Shown in pieces: positions 10,847 through 20,791 of a stretch of DNA of 64,000 nt. The stretch's first letter is position 1, and each line of letters begins with the position of its first letter. The notes beneath the pieces are model-generated. The model searched no databases. It was not told the DNA's origin and saw only the letters and a program-made list of their open reading frames with translations. The stretch comes from an uncultured Planctomycetota bacterium (GTDB lineage: Bacteria; Planctomycetota; Planctomycetia; Pirellulales; Lacipirellulaceae): contig CAVRBU010000002.1 of NCBI GenBank assembly GCA_963719315.1, positions 1,024,001 through 1,088,000 on the forward strand. Reading direction: 5' to 3'. The translations under genes and the position numbers were made by a program.

Positions 10847-12028
10847 ATGAGCGGAAACGGGAATGGCTGGGCCAGCGTGCCCTTGGGCGAACTCTGTCGC
10901 CTAATCAACGGAAAGGCCTTCAAGCCCAGCGACTGGACCGACACGGGTTTGCCGATCATTCGGATTCAGAACCTCAACGATTCGACGAAGCTATTCAACT
11001 ACTGGGCCGGTTCGCTTGACCGCCAAGTGATGGTCAAAAGCGGTGATGTTCTACTCGGTTGGTCCGGGACGCCTGGAACTTCATTTGGTGCCCACATTTG
11101 GAGCCGTGACACAGGCGTTTTGAACCAGCACATATTCCGCGTCGAATTGGATGAAACGCGAATCGCTAAGGAATGGGCTGTACCTGCGATCAATCACCAA
11201 TTGGAGGAGTTGATCGGTAAGGCGCACGGCGGTGTGGGCCTTCGCCATGTTAAGAAGGCGGAAGTCGAGGCGCTGCGAATTCCTCTTCCGCCGCTGGCGG
11301 AGCAGAAGCGGATTGCGGGGATTTTGAAGGAGCAGTTGGCGGCGGTCGAGCGGGCGCGGGCGGCCGCCGAAGCCCAACTCCAAGCCGCAAAAGCCCTCCC
11401 CGCCGCGCATCTACGAGAACTGTTTGAAAGCAATGAATCACGAAACTGGAAGCGGTGCGTCCTAGGCGATTTGATCGAACGGCACAACGAGATCATTCAC
11501 CCCGGCGATCGTGCGGCCGGTAAAGCCACATTTGTTGGACTTGAACACATTGAACCAGATACCGGCCGGCGTATTGGGTCGCTAACGATCGATTTGGCGA
11601 AACTCACTGGCCGCAAACCGACGTTTACTAAGGGACAAATAGTGTACGGCTACTTGCGTCCGTACTTAAATAAGGTCTGGATAGCCGAATTCGAAGGTTG
11701 TTCCTCAGTAGACCAGTTTGCGTTCGAAGTTCGTCACGACGTTGCCGACACGAACTTTATCGCAGCTTTTATGCGAAGCGATACATTTCTTCGCAGGTCG
11801 GCAGTGGTGACTACGACGGGGCAGCTACCACGTATCAGCATCGACGAAATCCTTGCCGTTATCATCGACATTCCACCGACGGTTGAAGAGCAGTCTCGAA
11901 TAGGCACGGAAATAAGAAAACGTCTCGAAAACACGTATCGAGTGGCCGCTAGTTGCGGAGACGAACTTAACCTTATTGAATCGATGCCTGCCGCACTGCT
12001 TCGCGCCGCCTTCCAAGGCCAACTTTGA
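10847..12028 (+). CDS. hsdS: Type I specificity subunit S
   Basis: Two TRDs with conserved W..V.LGEL, IPLPPLAEQKRIA, IPPTVEEQSRI, LLRAAFQGQL. Confidence 0.92.
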   Translation: MSGNGNGWASVPLGELCRLINGKAFKPSDWTDTGLPIIRIQNLNDSTKLFNYWAGSLDRQVMVKSGDVLLGWSGTPGTSFGAHIWSRDTGVLNQHIFRVELDETRIAKEWAVPAINHQLEELIGKAHGGVGLRHVKKAEVEALRIPLPPLAEQKRIAGILKEQLAAVERARAAAEAQLQAAKALPAAHLRELFESNESRNWKRCVLGDLIERHNEIIHPGDRAAGKATFVGLEHIEPDTGRRIGSLTIDLAKLTGRKPTFTKGQIVYGYLRPYLNKVWIAEFEGCSSVDQFAFEVRHDVADTNFIAAFMRSDTFLRRSAVVTTTGQLPRISIDEILAVIIDIPPTVEEQSRIGTEIRKRLENTYRVAASCGDELNLIESMPAALLRAAFQGQL

Positions 12029-12035
12029 TCGGATC

Positions 12036-13838
12036 ATGATGGCGAAGAAGAGAACAACTACGACGGAGTCAGCGGACGGAAAGGCACCCTCAACCAGCCC
12101 TCTCCCAGCGGGAGAGGGTTCCAAGGCGAACGGCAATGGGAACGGTAAGAAGCACGGCTCGCAGCAGTCGGTTAACTCGGCCGTTAAAAGCATTTGCGAC
12201 ATCATGCGGCGCAGTAATTGCGCCGGCGCGATGCAGTATGTGCCCGAGCTGACCTGGATTCTGTTCCTGCGGATTCTCGACGAACGCGAAACGCACGAAG
12301 CCGAGGCGGCCGAGGCCGTGGGCGCGAACTTCACGCCGTCGCTCGAAGCGCCCTACCGCTGGCAGGATTGGGCCGCGCCCGAGAGCAAGCTGCGCGAAGA
12401 AATGCTCACGGCCGGCAAGGTGCTGCAATTCGTCAACACCGAGTTGCTGCCCCACTTGAAGGAACTGCGCCGCAAGCCCAGCGCGTCGCCACGCCAGAAG
12501 GTCATCAGCGAGATTCTCTCCGGCGTCGAGCGGGTGCGGATCGACACGCAAAAGAACCTGTGCGACGTGTGCGACAAGGTCCAGGGGCTATCGGCCGATA
12601 CGATCGACGATACGCACGTCTTCACGCTGTCGCAAGTGTACGAGGGGTTGCTCCTCAAGATGGGCGAGAAGGGGAACGACGGCGGCCAGTTCTTCACTCC
12701 CCGCGAGATTATCCGGGCTGTGGTCGCGGTGGTCGCCCCGCAGATCGGCCAGACGATCTACGACCCCGGCTGTGGCACGGGCGGGTTTCTGGCCCAGTCG
12801 TTCGAGTTCATGGCCGGCCGAAACAACGAAAAGATCAAATCCCCGGACCAGTTGGAACTGTTGCGGCACGAGACGTTCTATGGCCGCGAAAAAGAGGGGC
12901 TCATTTACCCGATCGCGCTGGCGAACCTGGTGCTGCACGGCATCGACCAACCGAACCTGTGGCACGGCAACACGCTCACGAATCAGGTGATGTATGACGG
13001 GCTGTACGCCACGGCGCCGCAGCAATTCGATGTGGTGATGACCAACCCGCCGTTTGGCGGCAAGGAAGGCAAGGAAGCCCAAACGCGGTTCCCGTTCAAG
13101 ACGGGCGCAACGCAGGTGCTGTTCCTGCAACACGTCCTTGACAGTCTCAAGACCGGCGGTAGTTGTGGCATCGTGCTCGATGAGGGCGTACTGTTTCGCA
13201 CCAACGAAACGGCGTTCGTGCAGACCAAACGCAAGTTGCTCGACGAGTGCAATCTGCACTGCATCGTCAGCTTGCCCGGAGGCGTTTTCACGGCGGCCGG
13301 CGCGGGCGTGAAGACGAACCTGCTGTTCTTCAACAAAGGCGAGCCGACCGAGCGGATTTGGTATTACGACCTGTCCGACGTGAAAGTCGGCAAGCGGCAG
13401 CCGTTCACGCTCGACAAGTTCGACGAGTTCTTCCGCCTGCTGCCGGAGCGGGCCGAGAGTGACCGAAGCTGGACGGTGGATTTCACGGCCCGCAAGCGGC
13501 AGGCCGCCGACGAAGCGGCGCCGTTCAAGAAACTGGCCGAAGCGAAACAGCAGGAAGCAAACCGCTGGCGCGAGGAACTGGCCGAGTTAAAGAAGGCCAA
13601 GGCCAAGGAGGAGGCCAAGATCGAAGCGGCCGAAGCGCGCGTCAAGGAACTGACGAAGGAATCCCGCGAAGCTGCCGGCCGGGCCGAGGCGATCGAAAAC
13701 GCCGTGTACGACCTGAAGGCCGTCAATCCGAACCGAGTGGCCGAGGAAGACACCCGCACGCCCGCCGAGCTGCTCGACATTATCGAGGCCAAGGGGCGCG
13801 AAGTGGCCGAAGTGCTGGCGGCACTGCGCAGCCTCTAA
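12036..13838 (+). CDS. hsdM: Type I m6A methyltransferase subunit M
   Basis: GQFFTPR, YDPGCGTGGFL, NPPFGG, GVKTNLLFF. Coiled-coil segment near the C-terminus. Confidence 0.93.
   Translation: MMAKKRTTTTESADGKAPSTSPLPAGEGSKANGNGNGKKHGSQQSVNSAVKSICDIMRRSNCAGAMQYVPELTWILFLRILDERETHEAEAAEAVGANFTPSLEAPYRWQDWAAPESKLREEMLTAGKVLQFVNTELLPHLKELRRKPSASPRQKVISEILSGVERVRIDTQKNLCDVCDKVQGLSADTIDDTHVFTLSQVYEGLLLKMGEKGNDGGQFFTPREIIRAVVAVVAPQIGQTIYDPGCGTGGFLAQSFEFMAGRNNEKIKSPDQLELLRHETFYGREKEGLIYPIALANLVLHGIDQPNLWHGNTLTNQVMYDGLYATAPQQFDVVMTNPPFGGKEGKEAQTRFPFKTGATQVLFLQHVLDSLKTGGSCGIVLDEGVLFRTNETAFVQTKRKLLDECNLHCIVSLPGGVFTAAGAGVKTNLLFFNKGEPTERIWYYDLSDVKVGKRQPFTLDKFDEFFRLLPERAESDRSWTVDFTARKRQAADEAAPFKKLAEAKQQEANRWREELAELKKAKAKEEAKIEAAEARVKELTKESREAAGRAEAIENAVYDLKAVNPNRVAEEDTRTPAELLDIIEAKGREVAEVLAALRSL
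12086..12118 (+). repeat. CCCTCTCCC-n-GGGAGAGGG palindromic repeat in the hsdM 5' coding region
   Basis: ccctcaaccagCCCTCTCCCagcGGGAGAGGG, encoding PSTSPLPAGEG. Confidence 0.7.
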
Positions 13839-13974
13839 ACTGATTTGTGCAGAGCGGATAAGATAAATCCTGTCCGCGACTATTTTGGACCATCTCCTAG
13901 CCGATCACCCTCGGCTATTGAAATTCGTCTCGCCTACCGCGACGGCAAATCTACAATTCAGTGGAGCCTAAATC

Positions 13975-14253
13975 ATGGCCGGCCGACCACGAACGATGGC
14001 GAAGCGAGTGGCGCAACTTTACGAGGCCTACCGTGCCATCGCGGAAGAGTTGGAGAAGCTGATGCCGCAGCAGTACCGCCGGCCAACTAACGATTCGCTC
14101 GGCCGGACCTGGCAACAAGCGGTTAATTCGCTCGCCCAAAGCGAAGACTACCTCTCCGACTTGGCATCCTTCCTGGAATTCAAGGCCGAGAGTGCCGAAG
14201 GGCGTGCCGCAGCGAGAGCTGCCGTCACAGCGGCCAACGCTGATACCGTGTAA
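13975..14253 (+). CDS. Hypothetical protein
   Basis: GGAG RBS, helical charged sequence, island orientation. Confidence 0.55.
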   Translation: MAGRPRTMAKRVAQLYEAYRAIAEELEKLMPQQYRRPTNDSLGRTWQQAVNSLAQSEDYLSDLASFLEFKAESAEGRAAARAAVTAANADTV

Positions 14254-14525
14254 AATCGCATGCCGATATCTCGAGGTATTGGCTGCATTCGCGCGCGTGC
14301 GCGCGAAGGAGAGCGGGATTTCTATGACATCGCCGGCCGATCCCATCGAAAACTAGCGGCGGACGATAGGCAAATTTTTGCTCGTCGCATCCACCAGGGG
14401 ATTTCGTTAAACTACCAGCTTCGGGTCGCGGTTCGCTACCGCACAGACCGGCCGGCTGATCGTGGTTTGTACCTACCTTCGCGCGGCGGCTGGCTGGTCG
14501 GACCTGGCAGGAAGGTAGCTTTCTC

Positions 14526-15447
14526 ATGGCAGTCACGACGACCGATGCCAAGCGCATTCTCACAACCGACTTGGCTCCATTGATTCGGCGCGTCCAGGAC
14601 GTTGCGCGACGGCGGCTCGATGACATCTGCAACCAGACCGCACGCGAAAAATTTGCGGCAGAGCGTGCAGAAAAGTACCTTCAAGCGATCGAATCCGACA
14701 AGCCGCGCCATCGCCCGGTCCGCCACCAGGAGTGGAGGGACGAGGAACTATGGTTCTGGTGGGACGAACCGTGCTGGGCCGAGCTGATTCAGGCGCTTCG
14801 CAGTTATTCGCTGGAAGGCCAAGCGGTGGTGCTGGAGCAGCACCTGCGTCGCATATTGCCAGATCCGCAAGCGGTGGTGCGTCCGACGATCCTTGAGTTG
14901 CACGAAACGGAACGCCTGGTCCTGCGCGAGATCGTGCGCCTAGCTGAACAATGGCTTGCGGAAACCGCGGAAGATCGAGGCGACGAGCCAGCCGACAACT
15001 TCATTGAGCGGCTAAGCGCTGGCCCGAACGATGTGGAATTGACGCCACGTGAATACGCCCTGTTGGAAGCGCATTTGAAGCAACCGGTTTCGTTAGCCCA
15101 AATGCAGCGCGAAGCACAAGCGGGCACAAAGGAAACGACGCCCGCTCGCAACAAGCTGAAACTGATTCGCGACTTCAACCGAAACTTGCACCGGGCGATG
15201 GCTGAGAGCGGCAGCGCAACGGGCAATTCTGATTCTTCGCCGGCAAACGTCAAATCCAAGCGACGAGGCCGGCCCAAGGCAGATTGCGATACCGAAAAGC
15301 GCGAAGCCGAGCTTGCGGCTGACTGGGAACGGGCTGCGCGATGCTGGTGTCTATAAGCCCAATTTCGCCAGGGATCATGGAATGACGGCAGCCGAGTTTG
15401 ACAAGCTCTTGAACCGCGTGGCGTGGCACAAACGCGCTTCCGAGTAA
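14526..15447 (+). CDS. Hypothetical island regulator with putative C-terminal DNA-binding region (frameshift ~15335)
   Basis: KRRGRPK followed in a shifted frame by RDAGVYKPNFARDHGMTAAEFDKLLNRVAWHKRASE*. Confidence 0.55.
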
Positions 15448-15556
15448 TTCATTCCGAGTTCGGCGCTATTTACTCGGAGAGAAAAACTTCTGGCCGCTTT
15501 CTGCGGCAACCCGGCGCTTTTGACCGCGAATCGTTCCGAGTAATTGCTCCGAGTAA
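15439..15556. promoter_or_regulatory. Five TCCGAGTAA-like boxes upstream of the excisionase-replicase operon
   Basis: Copies at 15439, 15453 (TCCGAGTT), 15470 (inverted), 15535 and 15548. Confidence 0.6.
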
Positions 15557-15656
15557 ATCGGTTCGTCGGAACGTCGCGGATATTTATTAATAGGCGAGCC
15601 GCTTTGCACTATCAGGCGATGGTGAGCGGCGAGCCGTCGAGATTAAGGATTGAACA

Positions 15657-15869
15657 ATGCAAGATCAAGCGACGAAGCCCGCGCTGCTGGTGGACGCCCG
15701 CGACGCGGCGCGAATGTTGGCTGTGTCGCCCCGCAAATTGTGGGCGATGACTTTCGAAGAAACTCCGGGGCTGCCGTATGTCCGTTGTGGTCGGCTGGTC
15801 CGCTACTCGCTCGACGACCTGCGCCGTTGGGTTGACGCGCAGCGGAAAGGGGGCTGTGATGAGCGGTAA
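15657..15869 (+). CDS. Excisionase-like HTH (HTH_17/AlpA-type) protein
   Basis: LLVDARDAARMLAVSPRKLW...LPYVRCGRLVRYSLDDLRRW. Confidence 0.85.
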   Translation: MQDQATKPALLVDARDAARMLAVSPRKLWAMTFEETPGLPYVRCGRLVRYSLDDLRRWVDAQRKGGCDER

Positions 15870-18393
15870 GTCCCAAACTCCGAGACTGTCGGCCGACGAG
15901 GTGAAGGTAGCGGCCGCCGGACGGTGGCCCGACATTCTTGCGGCAGTTGCCGGCATCCCCGCCGAGTTGCTGGACCGCAAAGGACATCCTTGTCCGAAAT
16001 GCGGCGGCACCGACCGCTTCTCCCTCATCGATGAAGCGGCCGGCGCCGTTCTGTGCCGTAAATGCTTCGCCAAGGACAACGGCGATGGACTGGCCGCGGT
16101 CGGCTGGATGCACGATTGTGATTTCCCCAAAGCCCTTAAAATGGTCGCCGGCCACCTCGGGCTGACTTCACAAGGCGCCACGCCTGCTGCCACGCCATTA
16201 CCGCGCTCCCAAAATCCCCAGAATTCATCCTCGCCCTTCTCTGAGGGGAATATCGGGAATAATGGGAGCGCTAAACCACGCATCGTCGCTGAGTATGACT
16301 ACCGTGACGAAGCCGGCAACGTGCTGTTCCAATCGGTGCGGTTGGAACCGGGGCCGAAGGGAAAGAAGAAGTCGTTCTTCCAGCGTCGGCCCGGTCCAAA
16401 CGGCGACTGGATCAATGACCTCAAGGGAGTGCGTGTCGTACCGTACCGCCTTCCCGAACTCTTGGCAGAACCGACGCGGCCCGTATTCGTGGTCGAAGGC
16501 GAGAAAGACGTTGAGAGTTTAGCCCGCATCGGTGTACTCGCAACGACCAACGCCGGTGGTGCCGGTAATTGGACGGCCCAACACGCAGAATTCCTCAAAG
16601 GAAGGCGCGTCATTATCTTGCCGGATAACGATGAGACGGGTGTCAACCATTCACAGCAAGTTGCACAGAGTTTGCATGGTATCGCACAATCCGTGCGTGT
16701 TGTTGTGCTGCCGAACTTGCCCGAGAAGGGCGACGTGAGCGATTGGCTCGCGGCTGGCGGCACGAAGGAAGAGCTGAAGCGATTGGCGCAAGCCGCGCCA
16801 GTATGGAAACCGGTGGAAGCCGGACAACCGTGGCCGGAGATAATGTCATTCGACACGCTCGACCTGCCAGATTTTCCGACTCACGTCCTGCCGCCTGTTC
16901 TTCGTGATTGGGTTGAAGCGGAGTCGCACGCCACGCAAACGCCGGCTGACCTTGCGGCCCTACTGGCCCTTGCAGTTTGTTCGTCGATGATCGCACGGCT
17001 TGTGGTGGTCGTGCCGCGTCCGGGTTGGCACGAACCAACAAACCTGTACGTGGCCGTGTTGCTCGATCCAGGCAACCGCAAATCAGCTGTTTTCGCCGAT
17101 GCGACACGACCGCTTCGCGAACTCGAAGAAGAACTGATTGAAGACGCTCGGCCCGAAATCGCGCGTGCCCAGTCACGGCGACGAATGCGTGAACGGGAAG
17201 GAAAGAAACTGGAAGAAAAGGCGGCGACCAAGGGCGATTCCACCGCAGCACAGCAAGCCCAAGAAATCGCCGCCGAGTTGGCGGAGCAACCAGAACCAGC
17301 CCTACCCCGTCGGATCGTCGATGACGCAACGAGCGAGAAGCTCGGCATGACGCTCGCCGAACAAGGCGGGCGCATCGCAAGCATGTCGCCCGAAGGCGGT
17401 GTGTTTGACCTGATGGCTGGCCTCTATTCAAAGAGCGGCATCCCACAGTTTGGCGTGTACCTGATGGGGCATTCTGGCGACGACCTGATCACCGACCGGG
17501 TAAGCCGCAAAAGCGTGCGTGTCGAGCGGCCGGCTCTAACCTGCGCCTACGCAATGCAGCCGCAGGTCATCAAGGGACTGGCCGAGAACGCAGCCTTTCG
17601 TGGCCGCGGCCTACTCGCTCGCTTCCTGTACGCCGCCCCGACGAGTTGGATTGGACAGCGTGAAATTGCTCCGACCCCCGTACCGGCCGCGCTCCATGAA
17701 GCATATCGCCAATTGATTCGGGAACTGGCGGAAGTCGCTGAGGAGTATGTTCTCACACTATCGGCCGACGCAGCAGCGGTATTGCGCGAATTCGAAGCCG
17801 AGATCGAAACGATGTTGGACGACGGCGGCGACATGGAGATCATGCGCGATTGGGGCGCAAAGCTGGCCGGCGCGACAGTGCGGCTGGCGGCCGTCCTCCA
17901 CTGCGTCGATTACGGTCCGACGGGATGCATCGAAGTGGCAACGATCAGGGCGGCCATCGAGATTGCCGGGTATCTTGTCCCGCACGCCGAGGCTGTACTC
18001 GACCTAATGCAAGCCAAAGAGGACTCGACCAACGACGACGCCCAGTACGTGCTGCGGTGGATCATACGCCATCGGCGACAGCAATTCACCAAGAGTGAAG
18101 CCCAGCACCACGGCAAACGTCGGTTCCCAAAGGTGGACGCGATCGACAAGCCTCTGGCCGAGCTGGTAAAGCGAGCGTACATCCGTCAGAAGCCGCCAGT
18201 ACCGGCTGGCCCAGGCCGCCCACCGTCGCCGGCCTACGAGGTGAATCCCGCCGTATTCGCCGATACGAAACCGAAAAAGCGCTCCCAGAATTCCCACAAT
18301 TCGGACGACGAACCGAAAAATGGCAATTCTGGGAATATCGGGAGCGCTTTGGAGCAATCCGAAACCGCAAATCGCGTGCAGGTGACAATATGA
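15859..18393 (+). CDS. P4-alpha-type Zn-ribbon + TOPRIM primase fused to DUF3987/YfjI-like domain
   Basis: GHPCPKCGGTDRF...CRKC, VVEGEKD, ILPDND, KGDVSDW, DPGNRKS, RGLLARFL. Confidence 0.85.
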   Translation: MSGKSQTPRLSADEVKVAAAGRWPDILAAVAGIPAELLDRKGHPCPKCGGTDRFSLIDEAAGAVLCRKCFAKDNGDGLAAVGWMHDCDFPKALKMVAGHLGLTSQGATPAATPLPRSQNPQNSSSPFSEGNIGNNGSAKPRIVAEYDYRDEAGNVLFQSVRLEPGPKGKKKSFFQRRPGPNGDWINDLKGVRVVPYRLPELLAEPTRPVFVVEGEKDVESLARIGVLATTNAGGAGNWTAQHAEFLKGRRVIILPDNDETGVNHSQQVAQSLHGIAQSVRVVVLPNLPEKGDVSDWLAAGGTKEELKRLAQAAPVWKPVEAGQPWPEIMSFDTLDLPDFPTHVLPPVLRDWVEAESHATQTPADLAALLALAVCSSMIARLVVVVPRPGWHEPTNLYVAVLLDPGNRKSAVFADATRPLRELEEELIEDARPEIARAQSRRRMREREGKKLEEKAATKGDSTAAQQAQEIAAELAEQPEPALPRRIVDDATSEKLGMTLAEQGGRIASMSPEGGVFDLMAGLYSKSGIPQFGVYLMGHSGDDLITDRVSRKSVRVERPALTCAYAMQPQVIKGLAENAAFRGRGLLARFLYAAPTSWIGQREIAPTPVPAALHEAYRQLIRELAEVAEEYVLTLSADAAAVLREFEAEIETMLDDGGDMEIMRDWGAKLAGATVRLAAVLHCVDYGPTGCIEVATIRAAIEIAGYLVPHAEAVLDLMQAKEDSTNDDAQYVLRWIIRHRRQQFTKSEAQHHGKRRFPKVDAIDKPLAELVKRAYIRQKPPVPAGPGRPPSPAYEVNPAVFADTKPKKRSQNSHNSDDEPKNGNSGNIGSALEQSETANRVQVTI
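16203..16271. repeat. 69-bp inverted iteron-like element, copy 1 (inside primase gene)
   Basis: GCGCT CCCAAAATC CCCAGAATT ... AATATCGGG AATAATGGG AGCGC. Confidence 0.75.
18279..18347. repeat. 69-bp inverted iteron-like element, copy 2 (3' end of primase gene)
   Basis: GCGCT CCCAGAATT CCCACAATT ... AATTCTGGG AATATCGGG AGCGC. Confidence 0.8.
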
Positions 18394-18782
18394 CCGGCAT
18401 CCCTTCGGTACTTGCCGAACTACTGGCAGATTGCGACGCCCACGGCATCCGGCTGTTGCTGGCAGATGACGGCGGGTTGACCATCGACGCCCCGCAAGAC
18501 GCCCTGACGGCCGACCTTTTGGACCGGCTGAAAGCTCATAAGGCCGAACTGCTGACGCGGTTGCAATCAACGGCAGACGCCGACAACGAAGGTGCCGTCG
18601 ATTCCGAGACGACCCCGCTCATCGACTCAAAGGCCACCACGAAGGCCATTTGTCGATGCGGTGCAACAACCTGGCGGGACGTGCCGATTCACGGTGGGCA
18701 GTCCGTCCGGCGAGATTGCGGCCGATGCAGGCGGTTCATTAACTTCCCGGTTTGGTATGGGGCTTTACAAAATGAACAGTAA
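18390..18782 (+). CDS. Hypothetical protein (TubC_N-like N-terminus, C-terminal Cys cluster)
   Basis: GIRLLLADDGGLTIDAP...LLDRLKAHKAELL; CRCG...CGRC. ATGA overlap with the primase gene. Confidence 0.65.
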   Translation: MTGIPSVLAELLADCDAHGIRLLLADDGGLTIDAPQDALTADLLDRLKAHKAELLTRLQSTADADNEGAVDSETTPLIDSKATTKAICRCGATTWRDVPIHGGQSVRRDCGRCRRFINFPVWYGALQNEQ

Positions 18783-18798
18783 CGGATAGAATGCCGGC

Positions 18799-19026
18799 AT
18801 GGCCAAGAAACAAACCAAACTTGTAAGCGACCAAATACGTCAGGCTATCGACGATTCCGGCCTGACGCGCTACCGTATCGCCCAAGAAACCGGAATCAGC
18901 GAAACCGCGCTGGCGTTGTTCTACAACGGTCATCGCGGGCTGTCGATGAAAGCGCTCGAACGCGCTAGGCGAATTCCTTGAATTGAAAGTAACCTTGGGC
19001 GCAAGCCCGAAAAGAAAGGCAAGTAA
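18799..19026 (+). CDS. XRE/Cro-like HTH regulator (frameshifted C-terminus)
   Basis: IRQAIDDSGLTRYRIAQETGISETALALF.NG.RGLS. A shifted frame ends KPEKKGK* just before the integrase ATG. Confidence 0.8.
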
Positions 19027-19029
19027 GCA

Positions 19030-20566
19030 ATGGCCAGTATCATCAATCGCCCGGACGGGCACCGTTGGATTCAATTCGTCGATGCCGACGGCAAACGCCA
19101 AACAGTTCGGCTTGGTAAGGCGTCCGCCAAGGCGGCGGCCACGGTTTGCACGCGGGTTGAGGAACTGTTGGCCGTGAAAATGGCCGGCGACACGATGGAA
19201 CGCGACTTGGCCGGTTGGCTGGCGAAGATCGACACCACGCTACAAAACAAGCTGGCAGCCGTCGGTTTGTGCCATGCTCGCGAATCGGCGTTGTTGCAAC
19301 CGTTCGTCAAGGGCTACATCGAAGGCCGTACCGACGTGAAACCAGCCACGAAGGAAATATGGCGGCAAGGCGAATCGGGGCTGGTTGAATTCTTTGGAGC
19401 CGACAAGCCGTTGCGCGAACATAACTCCCGGCGACGCCGACCGCTACAAGCTGCATTTGATCGGCAAGAAACTGGCCCCGATGACCGTTCGCAAGCGGCT
19501 GCAATTTGCCACGATGATATTCCGCGCCGCGCTGCGCCGGCGGCTGATTGCAGAAAGTCCGTTTGCCGATGTTTCCATCAAGGCATCCATGCCGAACCGC
19601 GAACGCTTTATCACGGCCGACGAAACCGCAAAGCTGCTGGACGCTTGCCCCAACCATCATTGGAAAGCAATCGTCGCCCTGGCCCGCTACGGCGGCCTAC
19701 GCTGCCCTAGCGAAGTGCTTTCGTTACGCTGGCAAGATATTGATTGGGATGCCGGACGCATCGTAGTGCAGTCTCCGAAGACGGAACACCACCCGGGCAA
19801 AGCAAGCCGCGTAATTCCGCTATTCCCCGAACTGCGGCCGATACTGGCCGACGCTTTCGACCTGGCCCCGGAGGGCGCGGTATACGTCGTCGATGAACGG
19901 ATGCGGGCAAGTGCCCAAGGCAAGGCCGGCTGGCGGAATTGCAACCTGCGCACGACATTCGAGAAGATCGTCAAACGCGCTAGCCTGACGCCATGGCCTC
20001 GGCTGTTTCACAACTTGCGGAGTTCACGGCAAACGGAACTGGCCGAACGATTCCCGTCGCACGTTGTTTGCGACTGGCTGGGCAACAGTGAAGACATTGC
20101 CCGCAAGCACTACTTCCAAACGACTGACGATCATTTCGCCCGTGCCGTAAACGACGAAACCGAGGCGAAGCAGAATCCGAAGCAGTCGGCGGCCGCTTCG
20201 ACTCGCGGGGACTCGCAACCGCAAAGCCCGGTCGAAATAAATGCCGGGGAAAGCGAGTCACCGCGATACTGTGCGCAACGTAAAGCGGTTGGGGAGGGAT
20301 TCGAACCCCCGGTACCTTTCGGTACGCCGGTTTTCAAGACCGGTGCCTTAAACCACTCGGCCACCCAACCTGTTGCCGCTTCCGCGGCGGACTCGTCTAC
20401 GAGTGTTCGCTTGACTCTACGGACACGGATGGAAAGTGTCAATCGAGCAGCGGCTTTAACTGTTTTCGGCCGGCCAATTTACGTCGCGTTGACGCTCTTT
20501 GTTGTCCATGTTACAAAGGAGCGTTCCCTAATCAAACGGGTTCAGCTGGTGTTGCCTGAACCTTAA
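19030..20566 (+). CDS. Tyrosine recombinase/integrase (frameshift ~19420; frame reads through the tRNA)
   Basis: Catalytic set GLRCPSE, SPKT, HNLR, WLGN, HY; N-terminal arm-binding-like region. Confidence 0.9.
20286..20370 (-). tRNA. tRNA-Ser(TGA), CCA not encoded
   Basis: GGTTGGGTGGCCGAGTGGTTTAAGGCACCGGTCTTGAAAACCGG + variable arm GTACCGAAAGGTAC + GGTTCGAATCC; acceptor stem GGTTGGG/CCCAACC. Confidence 0.97.
20414..20442 (-). promoter_or_regulatory. sigma70 promoter for tRNA-Ser
   Basis: TTGACA-17 bp-TAGAGT on the minus strand, 44 nt upstream of the tRNA. Confidence 0.75.
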
Positions 20567-20590
20567 ACTATTAACCCAGTAACCTGTCCC

Positions 20591-20782
20591 ATGACCATCT
20601 GCGAACGTAAGAAAGAAATCAAGCGGCGTCGCAAGCGGCGCGAGAAACTCACGAAGCTGAAGAAGCGGCTGCCGAAGGCGACCAAGAGCGAGCAGGTTGA
20701 AATTGCCCGCAAGGTTCGCGATATCACGCCGGGGGCCGAGGTGATCATCGCGAATTGGAGTCTGGGGGCGGTGGATCGGTAA
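20591..20782 (+). CDS. Small basic conserved planctomycete protein (DUF6800-like)
   Basis: ERKKEIKRRRKRREKLTKLK...KVRDITPGA. Confidence 0.7.
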   Translation: MTICERKKEIKRRRKRREKLTKLKKRLPKATKSEQVEIARKVRDITPGAEVIIANWSLGAVDR

Positions 20783-20791
20783 CTGCGGAAA

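Larger units (their letters stand above)
5830..20286 (+). mobile_element. tRNA-Ser-integrated satellite/IME-like genomic island (left boundary uncertain)
   Basis: Tyrosine integrase abutting the tRNA 3' end, XRE, primase-DUF3987, excisionase, R-M cargo. All genes co-oriented; no capsid or conjugation genes seen. Confidence 0.75.
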
